Assembly (NCBI RefSeq): GCF_963921235.1
Contig: NC_086097.1
Location: forward strand, 93,808,001 to 93,872,000
Source: Mobula hypostoma
Lineage: Eukaryota
DNA: 64,000 nt
Direction: 5' to 3'
The notes beneath the pieces are model-generated. The model was not told the DNA's origin. It made no database searches and saw nothing but the letters and a program-made list of their open reading frames with translations. The position numbers were made by a program, and so were the translations under genes. Positions 48,915-61,016 of the stretch are shown here, piece by piece; position 1 is the first letter of the stretch, and every line of letters starts with the position of its first letter.

Positions 48915-51900
48915 TTCTGAGCCCTCTGGTGTCCCTGACAACGACACCTGCAAAAAGTGCATCCAGCTGCAGCTCCTAACAAACGGCGTTAGGGAACTGG
49001 AGCAGGAGCTGGATGACCTGCAGATCATTCGGGAGAATGAGGAGATTATAGATAGTAGCTACAGGGAGGTAGTTACTCCAAAGGAGCAGAGGACAGGAAA
49101 TTGGGTCACTGTCAGGCGAGGGAAGGGGAAAGGGCAGGCAGAGCAGGGTTCCCCTGTGGCCATTCCCCTCAACAACAAGTATACCGCATTGGATACTGTT
49201 GGGGGGGATGACTTACCTGGGACAAGCTGCAGTAGCCGGATCTCTGGCACTGGGTCTGGCTCTGCAGTGCAGAAGGGAGGGTGGAAAAAGAGGAGAGCGG
49301 TAGTGATAGGGGACTCGATAGTTAGAGGTGCAGATAGGAGGTTCTGTGGTCGTGACAGAGAATTCAGGATTGTTTGTTGCCTCCCAGGTGCCAGGGTCAA
49401 GGATGTCTCTGATCGATTGCATGATATTCTGAAGTGGGAGGGTGACCAGCCAGATGTCGTGGTGCACATCGGTACCAATGACATAGCAAGGAAGAGTGAG
49501 GAGGTCCTGGAGAGTGAGTATAGAGAGCTTGGTAGGAAGTTGAAAAGCAGGACCTCAAGGGTGGTAATCTCAGGATTGCTACCTGTGCTACGTGCCAGTG
49601 AGGGTAGGAATAGGATGCTCTGGAGGATGAACAAGTGGCTGAGGAACTGGTGTAGGGGGCAGGGTTTCAGATTTCAGGATAATTGGGACCTCTTCTGGGG
49701 CAGGTGGGACCTGTACAAGAGAGACGGGTTACACTTGAACTACAGGGGGACCAATATCCTTTCAGGGAGGTTTGTTAGTGCTATTGGGGATGCTTTAAAC
49801 TAGATTTGCAGGGGGATGGGAACCAGAGTGCTAGAGCTGACAGTGTGGGTGGGGTGAAAATAAATGATGCTAAAAGTTCAAGCAAATCCGCTGATAGAAA
49901 GGTTGTGAGTGGTGGTAAAAATCTTCTGAGGTGTATATATTTCAATGCTAGGAGTATTGCGGGGAAGGCAGATGAGTTGAGGGCGTGGATTGACACGTGG
50001 AATTATGACGTTATAGCAATTAGTGAAACTTGGCTACAGGAAGGGCAGGACTGGCAGCTTAATATTCCAGGGTTCCGATGTTTCAGATGTGATCGAGGTA
50101 GAGGAATGAAAGGTGGGGGAGTAGCATTGCTTGTTAGGGAAAATATTACAGCAGTGCTCAGGCAGGACAGATTAGAGGGCTTGTCTACTGAGTCCTTATG
50201 GGTGGAGCTGACAAACAGGAAAGGTATGGCCACATTAGTGGGATTGTATTACAGACCACCCAATAGTCAACGAGACTTGGAAGAGCAAATCTGCAGAGAG
50301 ATAGCAGGCAACTGCAGGAAACATAAAGTTGTGGTGGTAGGGGATTTTAATTTTCCATATATTGATTGGGACTCCCATACTGTTAGGAGTCTAGATGGTT
50401 TAGAGTTTGTAAAATGTGTTCAGGAAAGTTTTCTAAATCAATATATAGAGGGACCAACTAGAGGGGATGCAATATTGGATCTCCTGTTAGGAAACGAGTT
50501 AGGACAAGTGACAGAAGTCTGTGTAAGGGAGCACTTTGGTTCCAGTGATCATAACACCATTAGTTTCAACTTGATCATGGACAAGGATAGATCTGGTCCT
50601 GGGGTTGAGGTTCTTAACTGGAAGAAGGCCAAATTTGAAGAAATGAGAAAGGATCTAAAAAGCGTGGATTGGGACAAGTTGTTCTCTGGCAAGGATGTGA
50701 TCGGTAGGTGGGAAGCCTTCAAAGGAGAAATTTTGAGAGTACAGAATTTGTATGTTCCTGTCAGGATTAAAGGCAAAGTGAATAGGAATAAGGAAACTTG
50801 GTTCTCAAGGGATATTGCAACTCTGATAAAGAAGAAGAGGGAGTTGTATGACATGTATAGGAAGCAGGGAGTAAATAAGGTGCTTGAGGAGTATAAGAAG
50901 TGCAAGAAAATACTTAAGAAAGAAATCAGGAGGGCTAAAAGAAGACATGAGGTTGCCTTGGCAGTCAAAGTGAAGGATAATCCAAAGAGCTTTTACAGGT
51001 ATATTAAGAGCAAAAGGATTGTAAGGGATAAAATTGGTCCTCTTGAAGATCAGAGTGGTCGGCTTTGTGCGGAACCAAAGGAAGTGGGGGAGATCTTAAA
51101 TAGGTTTTTTGCGTCTGTATTTACTAAGGAAACTGGCATGAAGTCTATGGAATTAAGGGAAACAAGTAGTGAGATCATGGAAACTGTACAGATCGAAAAG
51201 GAGGAGGTCCTTGCTGTCTTGAGGAAAATTAAAGTGGATAAATCCCCGGGACCTGACAGAGTGTTCCCTCGGACCTTGAAGGAGACTAGTGTTGAAATTG
51301 CGGGGGCCCTGACAGAAATATTTAAAATGTCGCTGTCTACAGGTGAGGTGTCGGAGGATTGGAGAGTGGCTCATGTTGTTCCGTTGTTTAAAAAAGGATC
51401 GAAAAGTAATCCGGGAAATTATAGGCCAGTAAGTTTAACGTCGGTAGTAGGTAAGTTATTGGAGGGAGTACTATGAGACAGAATCTACAAGCATTTGGAT
51501 AGACAGGGACTTATTAGGGAGAGTCAACATGGCTTTGTGCGTGGTAGGTCACGTTTGACCAATCTGTTGGAGTTTTTCGAGGAGGTTACCGGGAAAGTAG
51601 ATAAAAGGAAGGCAGTGGATATTGTCTACATGGACTTCAGTAAGGCCTTTGACAAGGTCCCGCATGGGAGGTTAGTTAGGAAAATTCAGTCGCTAGGTAT
51701 ATATGGAGAGGTGGTAAATTGGATTAGACATTGGCTCAATGGAAGAAGCCAAAGAGTGGTAGTAAAGAATTGCTTCTCCGAGTGGAGGCCTGTGACTAGT
51801 GGTGTGCCACAGGGATCAGTGCTGGGTCCATTGTTATTTGTCATCTATATCAATGATCTGGATGATAATGTGGTTAATTGGATCAGCAAATTTGCTGATG

Positions 51901-52809
51901 ATACAAAGATTAGAGGTGTAGTAGGCAGTGAGGAAGGTTTTCAGAGCCTGCAGAGGGACTTGGACCAGCTAGAAAAATGGGCTGAAAAATGGCAGATGGA
52001 GTTTAATATAGACAAGTGTGAGGTATTGCACGTTGGAAGGACAAACCAAGGTAGAACATACAGGGTTAATGGTAAGGCACTGAGGAGTACAGTGGAACAG
52101 AGGGATCTGGGAATACAGATACAAAATTTCCTAAAAGTGGTGTCACAGGTAGATAGGGTCGTAAAGAGAGCTTTTGGTACATTGGCCTTTATTAATCAAA
52201 GTATTGAGTATAAGAGCTGGAATGTTATGATGAGGTTGTATAAGGCATTGGTGAGGCCGAATTTGGAGTATTGTGTTCAGTTTTGGTCACCAAATTACAG
52301 GAAGGATATTAATAAAGTTGAAAGAGTGCAGAGAAGGTTTACAAGGATGTTGCCGGGACTTGAGAAACTCAGTTACAAAGAAAGATTGAATAGGTTAGGA
52401 CTTTATTCCCTGGAGCGTAGAAGAATGAGGGGAGATTTGATAGGGGTATATAAAATTATGATGGGTATAGATAGAGTGAATGCAAGCAGGCTTTTTCCAC
52501 TGAGGCAAGGGGAGAAAAAAACCAGAGGACATGGGTTAAGGGTGAGGGGGGAAAAGTTTAAAGGGAACATTAGTGGGGGCTTCTTCACACAGAGAGTGGT
52601 GGGAGTATGGAATGAGCTGCCAGACGAGGTGGTAAGTGCGGGTTCTTTTTTAACATTTAAGAATAAATTGGACAGATACATGTATGGGAGGTGTATGGAG
52701 GGATATGGTCCGTGTGCAGGTCAGTGGGACTAAGCAGAAAATGGTTCGGCACAGCCAAGAAGGGCCAAAAGGCCTGTTTCTGTGCTGTAGTTTCTATGGT
52801 TTCTATGGT
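48915..52809 (+). mobile_element. Near full-length young CR1 LINE: ORF1 (coiled coil plus SGNH/GDSL esterase, stop 49801-49803) and ORF2 (APE plus RT) with a single internal TGA at 51474
   Basis: ORF1 motifs VIGDSIVR, PGARV, HIGTND, DGLHLN; ORF2 motifs CIYFNARSI, ISETWL, GDFN, SDH, FADD; (TTCTATGGT)2 tail. Confidence 0.96.
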
Positions 52810-52849
52810 AAGTAGTGTCATGGGAGTCTTGGCAATGGTTAGTTCTCAA

Positions 52850-53060
52850 GCCACACACACAAAATGCTGGAGGAACTCAGCAGGCCAGGCAGCATCTATG
52901 GAGAAAAGTACAGTCGATGTTTCGGGCCGAGACCCCGATGAGGGGTCTCAGCCCAAAATGTCGACAGTTCACTCTTTTCCACAGATGCTACCTAGCCCGC
53001 TGAGTTCCTCCAGCATTTTGTGTGTGTGGCATTTGATTTCCAGCATCTGCGGATTTTCTC
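52850..53060. mobile_element. Penelope-derived fold-back element forming a hairpin of about 180 bp
   Basis: GCCACACACACAAAATGCTGGAGGAACTCAGC (52850-52881) is the exact reverse complement of 52999-53030. Confidence 0.8.
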
Positions 53061-53620
53061 GGGTTAGTTCTGAAGCCTAATTGATGCTAAAGTTCAGTCA
53101 CCTCTGCATTTCAGCTTTAAACACAGGTTTAAGGCATTGGGGGAAGAGTCATCTCAACAACAGAAGTGTGGTGGAATGGACCCTAATGTCCCAAAGACTG
53201 CTGATAGAGCAAATGACAGACAGTAGGTTTAAATACAAAGAGGAAGTGCCAGCAGGTGAGCTCCTCAACAAATGAAGCGAATCACACTGATGCAGACCTG
53301 TCTCTACAGGAAGTGTTGTGTCTCTCTGTGTCCTAGGTCCTGCAGCGATGACCTCTCCCTGTAGAGATCCCAGTCCTCACAGGGAAATTGTGTGTGATGA
53401 CTATTTTGTGCTGATAAGAATCTAATGGTATTGAGGCCCCACTGTTCCCAGGCTGAGCACAATCTCTGTCGTGGGGGAGAGCCTGGCTAATACTACAGCA
53501 TCACGATGATGAGGCCTCTGCACAGCTCAAGAGAGCAGCAGTGATGAGATTGATTGAGTGACCCAGCCCTCGTGAACCTGCTTTTTGATTAGCTCTTACT
53601 TTTGTCTTTGTCCTGTTTAG

Positions 53621-54583
53621 TTTGCATAACCAATACAACGCCTGCTGCGGTCACAACTGCAAAGCTGTGCCCCCACTCAGTGGCCGCCCCTGAGAAGGAC
53701 GCCAGAACGAGCCAGCGAAGGACCACACCCCCTGGGTCCAGCAAAGTGGACGTCCCGTCATTACCACTGGCAAAGGAAAGCGCTCAGGGAAAGACCATGA
53801 AACAGAAATCCTACATGAACCCCACCACCAGCTCCATAGCCAAAATGTCCCGCAGCGTTTCAGTGGGAGACAGCCTGAACCTCACTGGGAATGGCGAGGA
53901 TCCATCGATTGTGGAAAGCAGTGCCAACGGTCAACCTCTGGAATTGTCGCCCAAGTCTTCGCCTTTAATTAACACGGACATAGTGACTGAAATCTCCCAC
54001 AAACAGGAAATGACAAAACAGAACTGGAGAGAGACTGCAAGCTCCAAGCCTTTGTTGCAGCAGTCTGCAAGTTCAGCAGTGTCCCCTACTAATAACTCTC
54101 AGCCTAAGCTAAACCTTGGCACAAGGGCCAACTTGTTCCTCGATCTGCCCAAGCCGCTGCCTGACAAACCTTCCTTGGCTTCTTTCTCACCACCCATCAA
54201 GTTGAAGGCTTCATGTCTATCAGAGTGCATCCGACTGCCAGATTTACCGGGAGGAACAAAATGGAGCTCTTTGGCAGGCAATGTGCCCGACACACACAGG
54301 GAAATCCAGGAGAAGAAGGGCGACACTGCTCCCACACCTGGACAGGAGGTGGCTACTCCCTCAACTCCATGGGCCTTAGCCCAAAGTCCCCAGGAGACAC
54401 AGGGAGTTAAATCTCGTCAGCCAGCAGCTTCCCATTGTCCACCTGCATCCAGGTTTGGCAGACTGCAGAAAGAACCCTCGGACTCTTCACCCAGATTTCC
54501 AGCCGCAAGTGGCCAGGCTGTAGGTATAGCCACAGCAGTAACCCACCCTTCGTTATCTGAAAAATCCATTCCAAAGGATGCAG
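53621..54583 (+). CDS. MAPKBP1: MAPKBP1 large coding exon (963 nt) including KSYMNPTTSSIAKMSRSVSVGDSL and RANLFLDLPKPLPDKPSLASFSP
   Basis: tcctgtttag|TT ... G|gtatga; phase 1 to 1; motifs match MAPKBP1 SYQNPTTSSMAKISRSISVGENL and RAHLVLDIPKPLPDRPTLAAFSP. Confidence 0.94.
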
Positions 54584-55464
54584 GTATGAATGGAGTCCCA
54601 GCTTCTCCCTCCTCCACTCCAGTCTTGTTCTGTTTCCTTTGCTTTTATTTCCGTGATGTACTAGATTGTGGCGTGTGTCCACTGCTGAACACGCTGCTCT
54701 AGAACCCTTCTCACTCCAGTTTCCTCTCACTCCCCAACGATTGTGGGTTAATTGGCTCCATGGTGTGGGTGAGCAATGGAATCCAGATGCTGTTGATGGG
54801 AATGTGTAAAGTGGTAAGAGTGAATAGAGTCTTGATGGTTAGCATGGACTTGATGGGCTGAAGGGCCTGTTCCTATGATATTCACTGATGCTTCCGCCTG
54901 CCTCATTCCTCGTTTGCTTTATCCTAGTTATCTTGCAAATGACGTTTCCAAGTGAAAGCACCGATTATTTTCTCCCCTGCTCCTTTGTTCGTTCTCCTTC
55001 TTCTGCCTCGCACCGTTGGGCTACTGTAGTCAGCTAGGTGCTCCAGGGCATCCCCTCCTCTGGCACTCCCTCCGATCCCGTGCCTCGTGCAGGGAGCACT
55101 GGTCGGATGGAGCTCAGTGACTCGCTGTGAGGGTCAATCCCATCCTGAGGCATGGTGCTGCAGCCCTGCTAACTCTTAACAGCGCGGGACCTGCACCACA
55201 CCTTAGCTTTCTTACTGTCAGCAAACTAAGTGTTTTACATGCCTGTCACCACACGGATTAGTGGCAATAAGCCACTCGGCCCCAGCTGCCTGCTCTGCCA
55301 GTTAATGGGATTGTGGCCGTTCTGGTTGTAGGCTCTGTTCCTTCAAACCTCGGTACCCTTTCCTCCCCTTGCCTTCAAGAATCTACCTTAAAAATAGACA
55401 GACATTCACTTCACCACTGCCCAGAGGGAGACTCAAAAGTTTAAGACTCAGGAAATAGACTCAA

Positions 55465-56027
55465 AGTCTATTTCCTGAGGAGACTGAGGTCCTTTAACAT
55501 CTGCCGGACGATGCTGAGGATGTTCTACAAGTCTGTGGTGGCCAGTGCTATCATGTTTGCTGTTGTGTGCTGGGGCAGCAGGCTGAGGGTAGCAGACACC
55601 AACAGAATCAGCAAACTCATCCGTAAGGCCAGTGATGTTGTGGGGATGGGACTGGACTCTCTGGCGGTGGTGTCTGAAAAGAGGATGCTGTCTAAGTTGC
55701 ATGCCATCTTGGACAATGTCTCCCATCCATTACATAATGTGCTGGTTGGGCACAGGAGTACATTCAGCCAGAGACTCATTCCACCGAGATGCAGCACAGA
55801 GCGTCATAGGAAGTCATTCCTGCCTGTGGCCATCAAACTTTACAACTCCTCCCTTGGAGGGTCAGACACCCTGAGCCAATAGGCTGGTCCTGGACTTATT
55901 TCCTGGCATAATTTACATATTCCTATTTAATTATTTATGGTTTTATTACCATTTAATTATTTGTGGTGCAACTGTAACAAAAACCAATTTCCCCCGGGAT
56001 CAATAAAGTATGACTATGACTATGACT
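55465..56027 (+). mobile_element. Young Rex1-like LINE 3' fragment with (TATGAC)3 tail
   Basis: YFLRRLRSFNICRTMLRMFYKSVVASAIMFAVVCWG..HPLH..RKSFLPVAIKLYN; AATAAA plus repeat tail. Confidence 0.88.
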
Positions 56028-56608
56028 AAAAGACCTCTGAACCATCTTCGAGAGAAAAAAGTCCACCTTTTTTCTGCCTTGAATGGACGCCTCCTTATCT
56101 TCAAACAGCAACTCCTAGTTTTCGATTCTCTCCATAGCCACCTTTTCTAAACGAAGGGCCCGCACTGTGGACGCTGATCCTGTTACTGTGATGCACCTGG
56201 CTCTCGTGAGCCCCATGCAAGGTATTCGCAAAGACTGATCCGTCGCAGCCCCTACTTCCACCACAACCCGGGAAATACTTGTCTGCCTTTGGAAAGGATG
56301 CAGAATCAGTCTACCAGGGCTTGAAGTTGTTCAGATTTGAGGATAGGTCGCATAAATGTGGTCTCTTTCCCATGTGATGCACAATATTAAAGCAATGAGT
56401 GACATTGGTTAAACACAGATTTGGTAACTAATGTGCAGAACACTTCCATTCACTCTGCGAGGGCAACTCTGAGCTTCCAGCTGCCTGTCACTCTTACCCC
56501 CATCCCACCCACCACTGCGATACCCTCCCACTGAGCGCAGCGTATTCAGCCCAGAAGGCTAAGCCGGCTAGAAGACTGGGAATATTCAAAGAAAGAAGAT
56601 GCATGATA

Positions 56609-57085
56609 CACGGGGTGATTGATAAGTCTGTGGCCTAAGGTAGAAGGAGTCAATTTTAGAAAATCTAGCACATTTATTTTTCAACATAGTCGCCTCCTAC
56701 ATTTACACACTTAGTCCAGCGGTCACGGATCCCTGCTTTGTAGAAGTCGGCGTCTACAGCAGGGCTGCTTGATAAGTTCGTGGCCTGGGGTAGAAGGAGA
56801 TGAGTTATACAGCTGTCATTACATACATGTGCAGCTCAATGCTTTGAATGAAAAAGCAGAAAGTTTGAAGTTAATAACTCATCTCCTCCTTAGGCCACGA
56901 ACTTATCAATCACCCCTGATGTGAACCACTTTCTGGAGGTCCAAGACGCCGACTTCTACAAAGAAGGGATCTGTATGCTCCAGGACCGCTGGACTAAGTG
57001 TGTAAATATAGGAAAAATAAATGTGCTAGGTTTTCTAAAATTGACTCCTTCTACTGCAGGCCACGAACTTATCAATCACCCCTGG
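56609..57085. mobile_element. Palindromic mariner-derived MITE with nested TIR copies
   Basis: TA-flanked TIRs (GGGGTGATTGATAAG.. / ..CTTATCAATCACCCC); long inverted arms carrying a transposase C-terminus (DFYKEGICMLQDRWTKCVN; GGDYVEK-stop on the opposite arm). Confidence 0.8.
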
Positions 57086-58029
57086 TAGACATGGTCTGCA
57101 AACCAAAGAACAGGTGGAACGGGTACAGACGGGGAGAAAAGAGCTGGAGGAGATCAGCCACGGTGATGATGAATGGCGGTGGGGGAGGGAGTAGTCAGGA
57201 GGGACCAAGTGGCTGTCTCCTGCTCCTATACTCATGTGTTTGTATGTTCTTGCCCTGTCCAAACGGAGCCCAGTCCTGACACATGGTCATCCACTTCTTA
57301 CAGTACATTAACTCAGGTTAGCTCTCTCCACAGGTGCTCCCTCATCTTCTGGCTATTTCCAGGTCTCCCCACTATTTCTGATTTCTGTTCTGCCCCTCAC
57401 CTCTCAGTGGCCTCCCTCTACCAAACTGATCAGCTGTTATTAGTGATCGTTCACCATCCTCTCCCAGATGGCATCTGCACTTCCTGTGTTCACTGGACAG
57501 CCTCGTTCTCCACCCTACCACAGACACTTCCTTTGTTCTCCCCGGCACCCCTCTCAACGTAAAAGCTGCCTGTTTCCCTCACCCTTCCGGTTCTGTTGTG
57601 AAGGGTTTTCGAGCTGAATCATTAAACCTGTTTCTGCCCTCAGTGATGCTGGCTGGTCTGTTGATTAATGACGTTCTGTTACCAATCTCAGACCCCTGGC
57701 ATCTGTAGGTTGTTGCTGCAGAGGGGATGTGGATTTCTGTTCATTGCTGGAAGTAGTAGAGGGGACCTTGGGAGAGATGGTTTCACTCAGCAAATACTGG
57801 AACTTTCTGCTAGAAAGGGGAGTCGAGGTGGACTATCTCACCGCAAAGGAGAAAAAAACCTGGTGAAGACTGAAGAGATAACACCCGTGAGGCCACAGGC
57901 TAACAAAATCTGTTTTTATCTGGCATGGTCCCCATGGGCTGAACGGCTTTGCTTCTGTGCTATTAATGTCTAGTTCATCCAGTGTAAAGGTATTGTGGGT
58001 ACCAAATAGGAATTTTATTTTCTTGGCAG

Positions 58030-58115
58030 GTCCAACAGTCAGCGTTCAGAGCTGCAAACTCCTGGTGAGTGAGCTACACAGCTGCCTACAGAGGGCCCTG
58101 AACCTGTACCGGACG
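58030..58115 (+). CDS. MAPKBP1: MAPKBP1 penultimate coding exon GPTVSVQSCKLLVSELHSCLQRALNLYRT
   Basis: ttcttggcag|GT ... ACG|gtgagt; phase 1 to 0; matches MAPKBP1 PAVSLEQCEQLVAELRGSVRQAVRLYHS. Confidence 0.92.
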
Positions 58116-59599
58116 GTGAGTGGTAGCTGCTGGTTTATTATTGCCACTTACAGGGAAAAGCTTTCGTTTACACGCCAACTAAACAGACCATTCTGACCTT
58201 CGGCCCATCAGGGTGCTACAGAAGGAGAGCAGCAACGGCATGCAAAATAAAGTGTTACAGTCACGGCCTCAGAATAGAGGGACGTCCATTTAGAGCGGAG
58301 ATGGGGAGGAATTTCTTTAGCCGGGGGTGGTGGGGGTGGAGAATCTGTGGAATTCATTGCCACAGGAGGCTGTAGAGGCCAGGTCGTTGGATGTAGTTGA
58401 GGCGAAGGTTGGTAAGTTCTTGATTAGTCGGGGCATGAAAGGTTACAGGGAGAAGGCAGGAGAATGGGGTTGAGAGGGAAATCGATCAGCCATGATGAAA
58501 ACTCAATGGGCCGCATTGCCCAATTCTTTTCCAATGCCTTATGGTATTATAGTTACAGAGAAGGTGGCAGCTGATAGTAAGCTGCAGACGCCACGGCGTG
58601 TTGATTGGGAAACCAGCAGTTCATACCAGATGTTCATTCAAGAGTCTGACAGCAGTGGTATAGAAACTGTTCCTTGAGCCTGGTGGTACAGCCTTTCAAG
58701 CTTTTGTATCTTCTGCCCAAGGGGGAGGGGTCTTTGTTCACATTGGCTACTTTCCCAGGGCAGCCAAGATACATCCAGATAAGATGCTTTCTATGGCGTA
58801 TCTATAAAAATTAATCAGCTGGGACATTTTCTCAGCTTCTGAGGAAGTAAAGAGGTTGGTGAGCTTTCTTGGCCGTGGCACCAAACAGGTGGGACCAGGA
58901 CAGGGCAATGTTGATGTTTATACCGAGAACTTCAAGCTCTTAACTATCTCCACTGCGTTCGGAGCAGGTGCATGGCTTAGAGCGGTGTTAATTCCATGGG
59001 GTGTGGGTGTTGGCAGAGCCTCCTCAGAGAATGAGAAACCATTGCAGGTGCTCCCTTGTGTTTAAGCCTTGTTTCAATAATACTGGGTCTTAGTCCGATC
59101 ACACCTGTGGCACTAAGCACAGGTTCAGTTAAAAGGGCTACACTTGCAGTTCACTGAGCTGATTCATAAGATGAAGGGGTTATCTTAAACGGAAAAGATG
59201 AATGAATTAGATCTGTACATCACCATCTATAGTCACCTGGGTATTTATACTCCTTGGATTTATTGGAAAGAAGTGACTTTATTGATGTAAGGTTCTGAGG
59301 GGTCTCGACAGGGTGGGTGTCGAGAGGGTGTTGTTCCCTCTCCAGGGAGAATGGAGAATCAGGAAGCAAAATTTCAGAATAAGGATCGCTCTCTGAAGAG
59401 GGACAAGAGGAGAAATTTCCTCTGTCTAAGAGCCTTGACTGATGGAATCCTCCAGTGCTTTTGAGAAATATGAGAGTCAAGGTTTTCGGGAAACAAGCAG
59501 GAAAGTGGGGCGAAGATCAGATCAGCACAGATTTTAGAGACAGTTGCACTTAGGAAGGGATGATGGCTTGCTCCTTATCTTCTTTCTCATTCTTTGCAG

Positions 59600-59902
59600 G
59601 TAACCAGTGATAAAGACCCCTCCGCTGAGAGCTGTCAGGTCAATGCCGTTCTCTCCGAAACATTTTCCTCTGTGAGGAAGGAATTGGACTGTCTTCTGTG
59701 GCCAGGCACAGGCCCCGAGCTACCTTCCCAAGGGCCAGGCCACATATCTAACCAGGCCAGTAATCCCCCAGTGAGGGGGCAGGGCTTTGAAGACAAGAAG
59801 ATGCTGGCTCTGCTGGAACAGTACTCTGAACTCTTACTGCAGGCTGTGGAACGAAGGTTAGACCAGAAACTAGCAGCAGGGAGGCAAGATGCAGAGCTGT
59901 GA
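59600..59902 (+). CDS. MAPKBP1: MAPKBP1 terminal coding exon VTSDKDPSAE..ETFSSVRKELD..LALLEQYSELLLQAVERRLDQKLAAGRQDAEL-stop
   Basis: tctttgcag|GTA; C-terminal helical dimerisation region (DTFSSVRQEL, ALLEQYSELLLRAVERRMERKL in MAPKBP1); TGA at 59900-59902. Confidence 0.96.
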   Translation, partial: VTSDKDPSAESCQVNAVLSETFSSVRKELDCLLWPGTGPELPSQGPGHISNQASNPPVRGQGFEDKKMLALLEQYSELLLQAVERRLDQKLAAGRQDAEL

Positions 59903-61016
59903 AGCCTACAGTACACAGTGCAATCATTGGCTTGCTCCTAACCCCTCCACAACCATATCAACAAACACAGTCTTTCTACTGGATCACCCTCCCAGCTTCC
60001 TGATCCCAAGGAACATGGGTCTGGTGTCTCAGTACGGCCATTCTTCCTACATTGATTTGCCAATTAGTCTCCTGCGCGTCTGACCCTGTAAGGCAGAGTT
60101 AATGGCTCCTCAGCAGTGCCCCTTACCACACTCTCCCCATTTGGACCCCCACCCTCCAGTAGAGCCTGGAGAGAGATGCAAAGAGCTCCTGCCTTGGCCT
60201 ACTGGCAAGTCTGGGAGTCTGGTGATCCTTGGGCATGAGGGAGACCTGTTTTACTTTGTCACCCAGAGAATGAACTGTAATGACACACGTCACAGATGTG
60301 GGAAAGCTGAGGCGGAATGATGCAAGTGATACGTTGTCTCCTTCAGTCTTGAGATGAGGGTTAGGTACCTCTCTTTTTCCATTTCCCATCTGCTCTGCAC
60401 TTCCCTTTCAACCCCTCTTGCATTCCCGGTATTCCCCCCCCCCCCCCCACCTGAGCATCACTCTGGAACAGTGATTACTGTTGTGTGAACCCGGATATGA
60501 ACGGGAAGACTGTAACAGTCAGACTGGCTGCGGCCACCAAAACTTTGCTGACGTTCCCCTTGAGGAGAGAGAAAGCTGATGACGCAGTATGTGTTGGACA
60601 AATTCCTTACCACCCATGACATTAATTCACATTCCTGTAGGACAGACCATCGACTCTTACCTACTCCTTCCCTCTTCCCCTGCTGCAACAATAATGTCTT
60701 ATTTACCAAAACACCAATGTCTGCTTATATCTTGCTGAAATCAGAATCAAACTGCTGAAGGGTTTCTTCACCATGAGCATGATGTGCTAGCACGATCTCC
60801 ATCTACACTTTGCTCTGTGAGAAATGCTCTCTGTCAGTCACTAAGCCGTGAAATTCAGGCCCCTCGGGCAGACTCGTCCTGAGCTGTGCTCCCTTTGAGA
60901 TCCCAGCCCTCTAATGTTTTCCAGAAGTTATTGCCCCATCACATTCCCCAAGAATCATATTCCTTTAAGTTTATTGGTCCAAAACACTGCTCCTGAATTG
61001 ACTGCTGAATCATTAC

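Noticed and set aside
55994..56010. AATAAA as the gene's poly(A) site
   Set aside because: It belongs to the tail of an intronic LINE fragment upstream of two conserved coding exons
6700..59902. Assignment of the gene to WDR62
   Set aside because: [41 protein letters not shown] and LLEQYSELLL.AVERR match MAPKBP1 better
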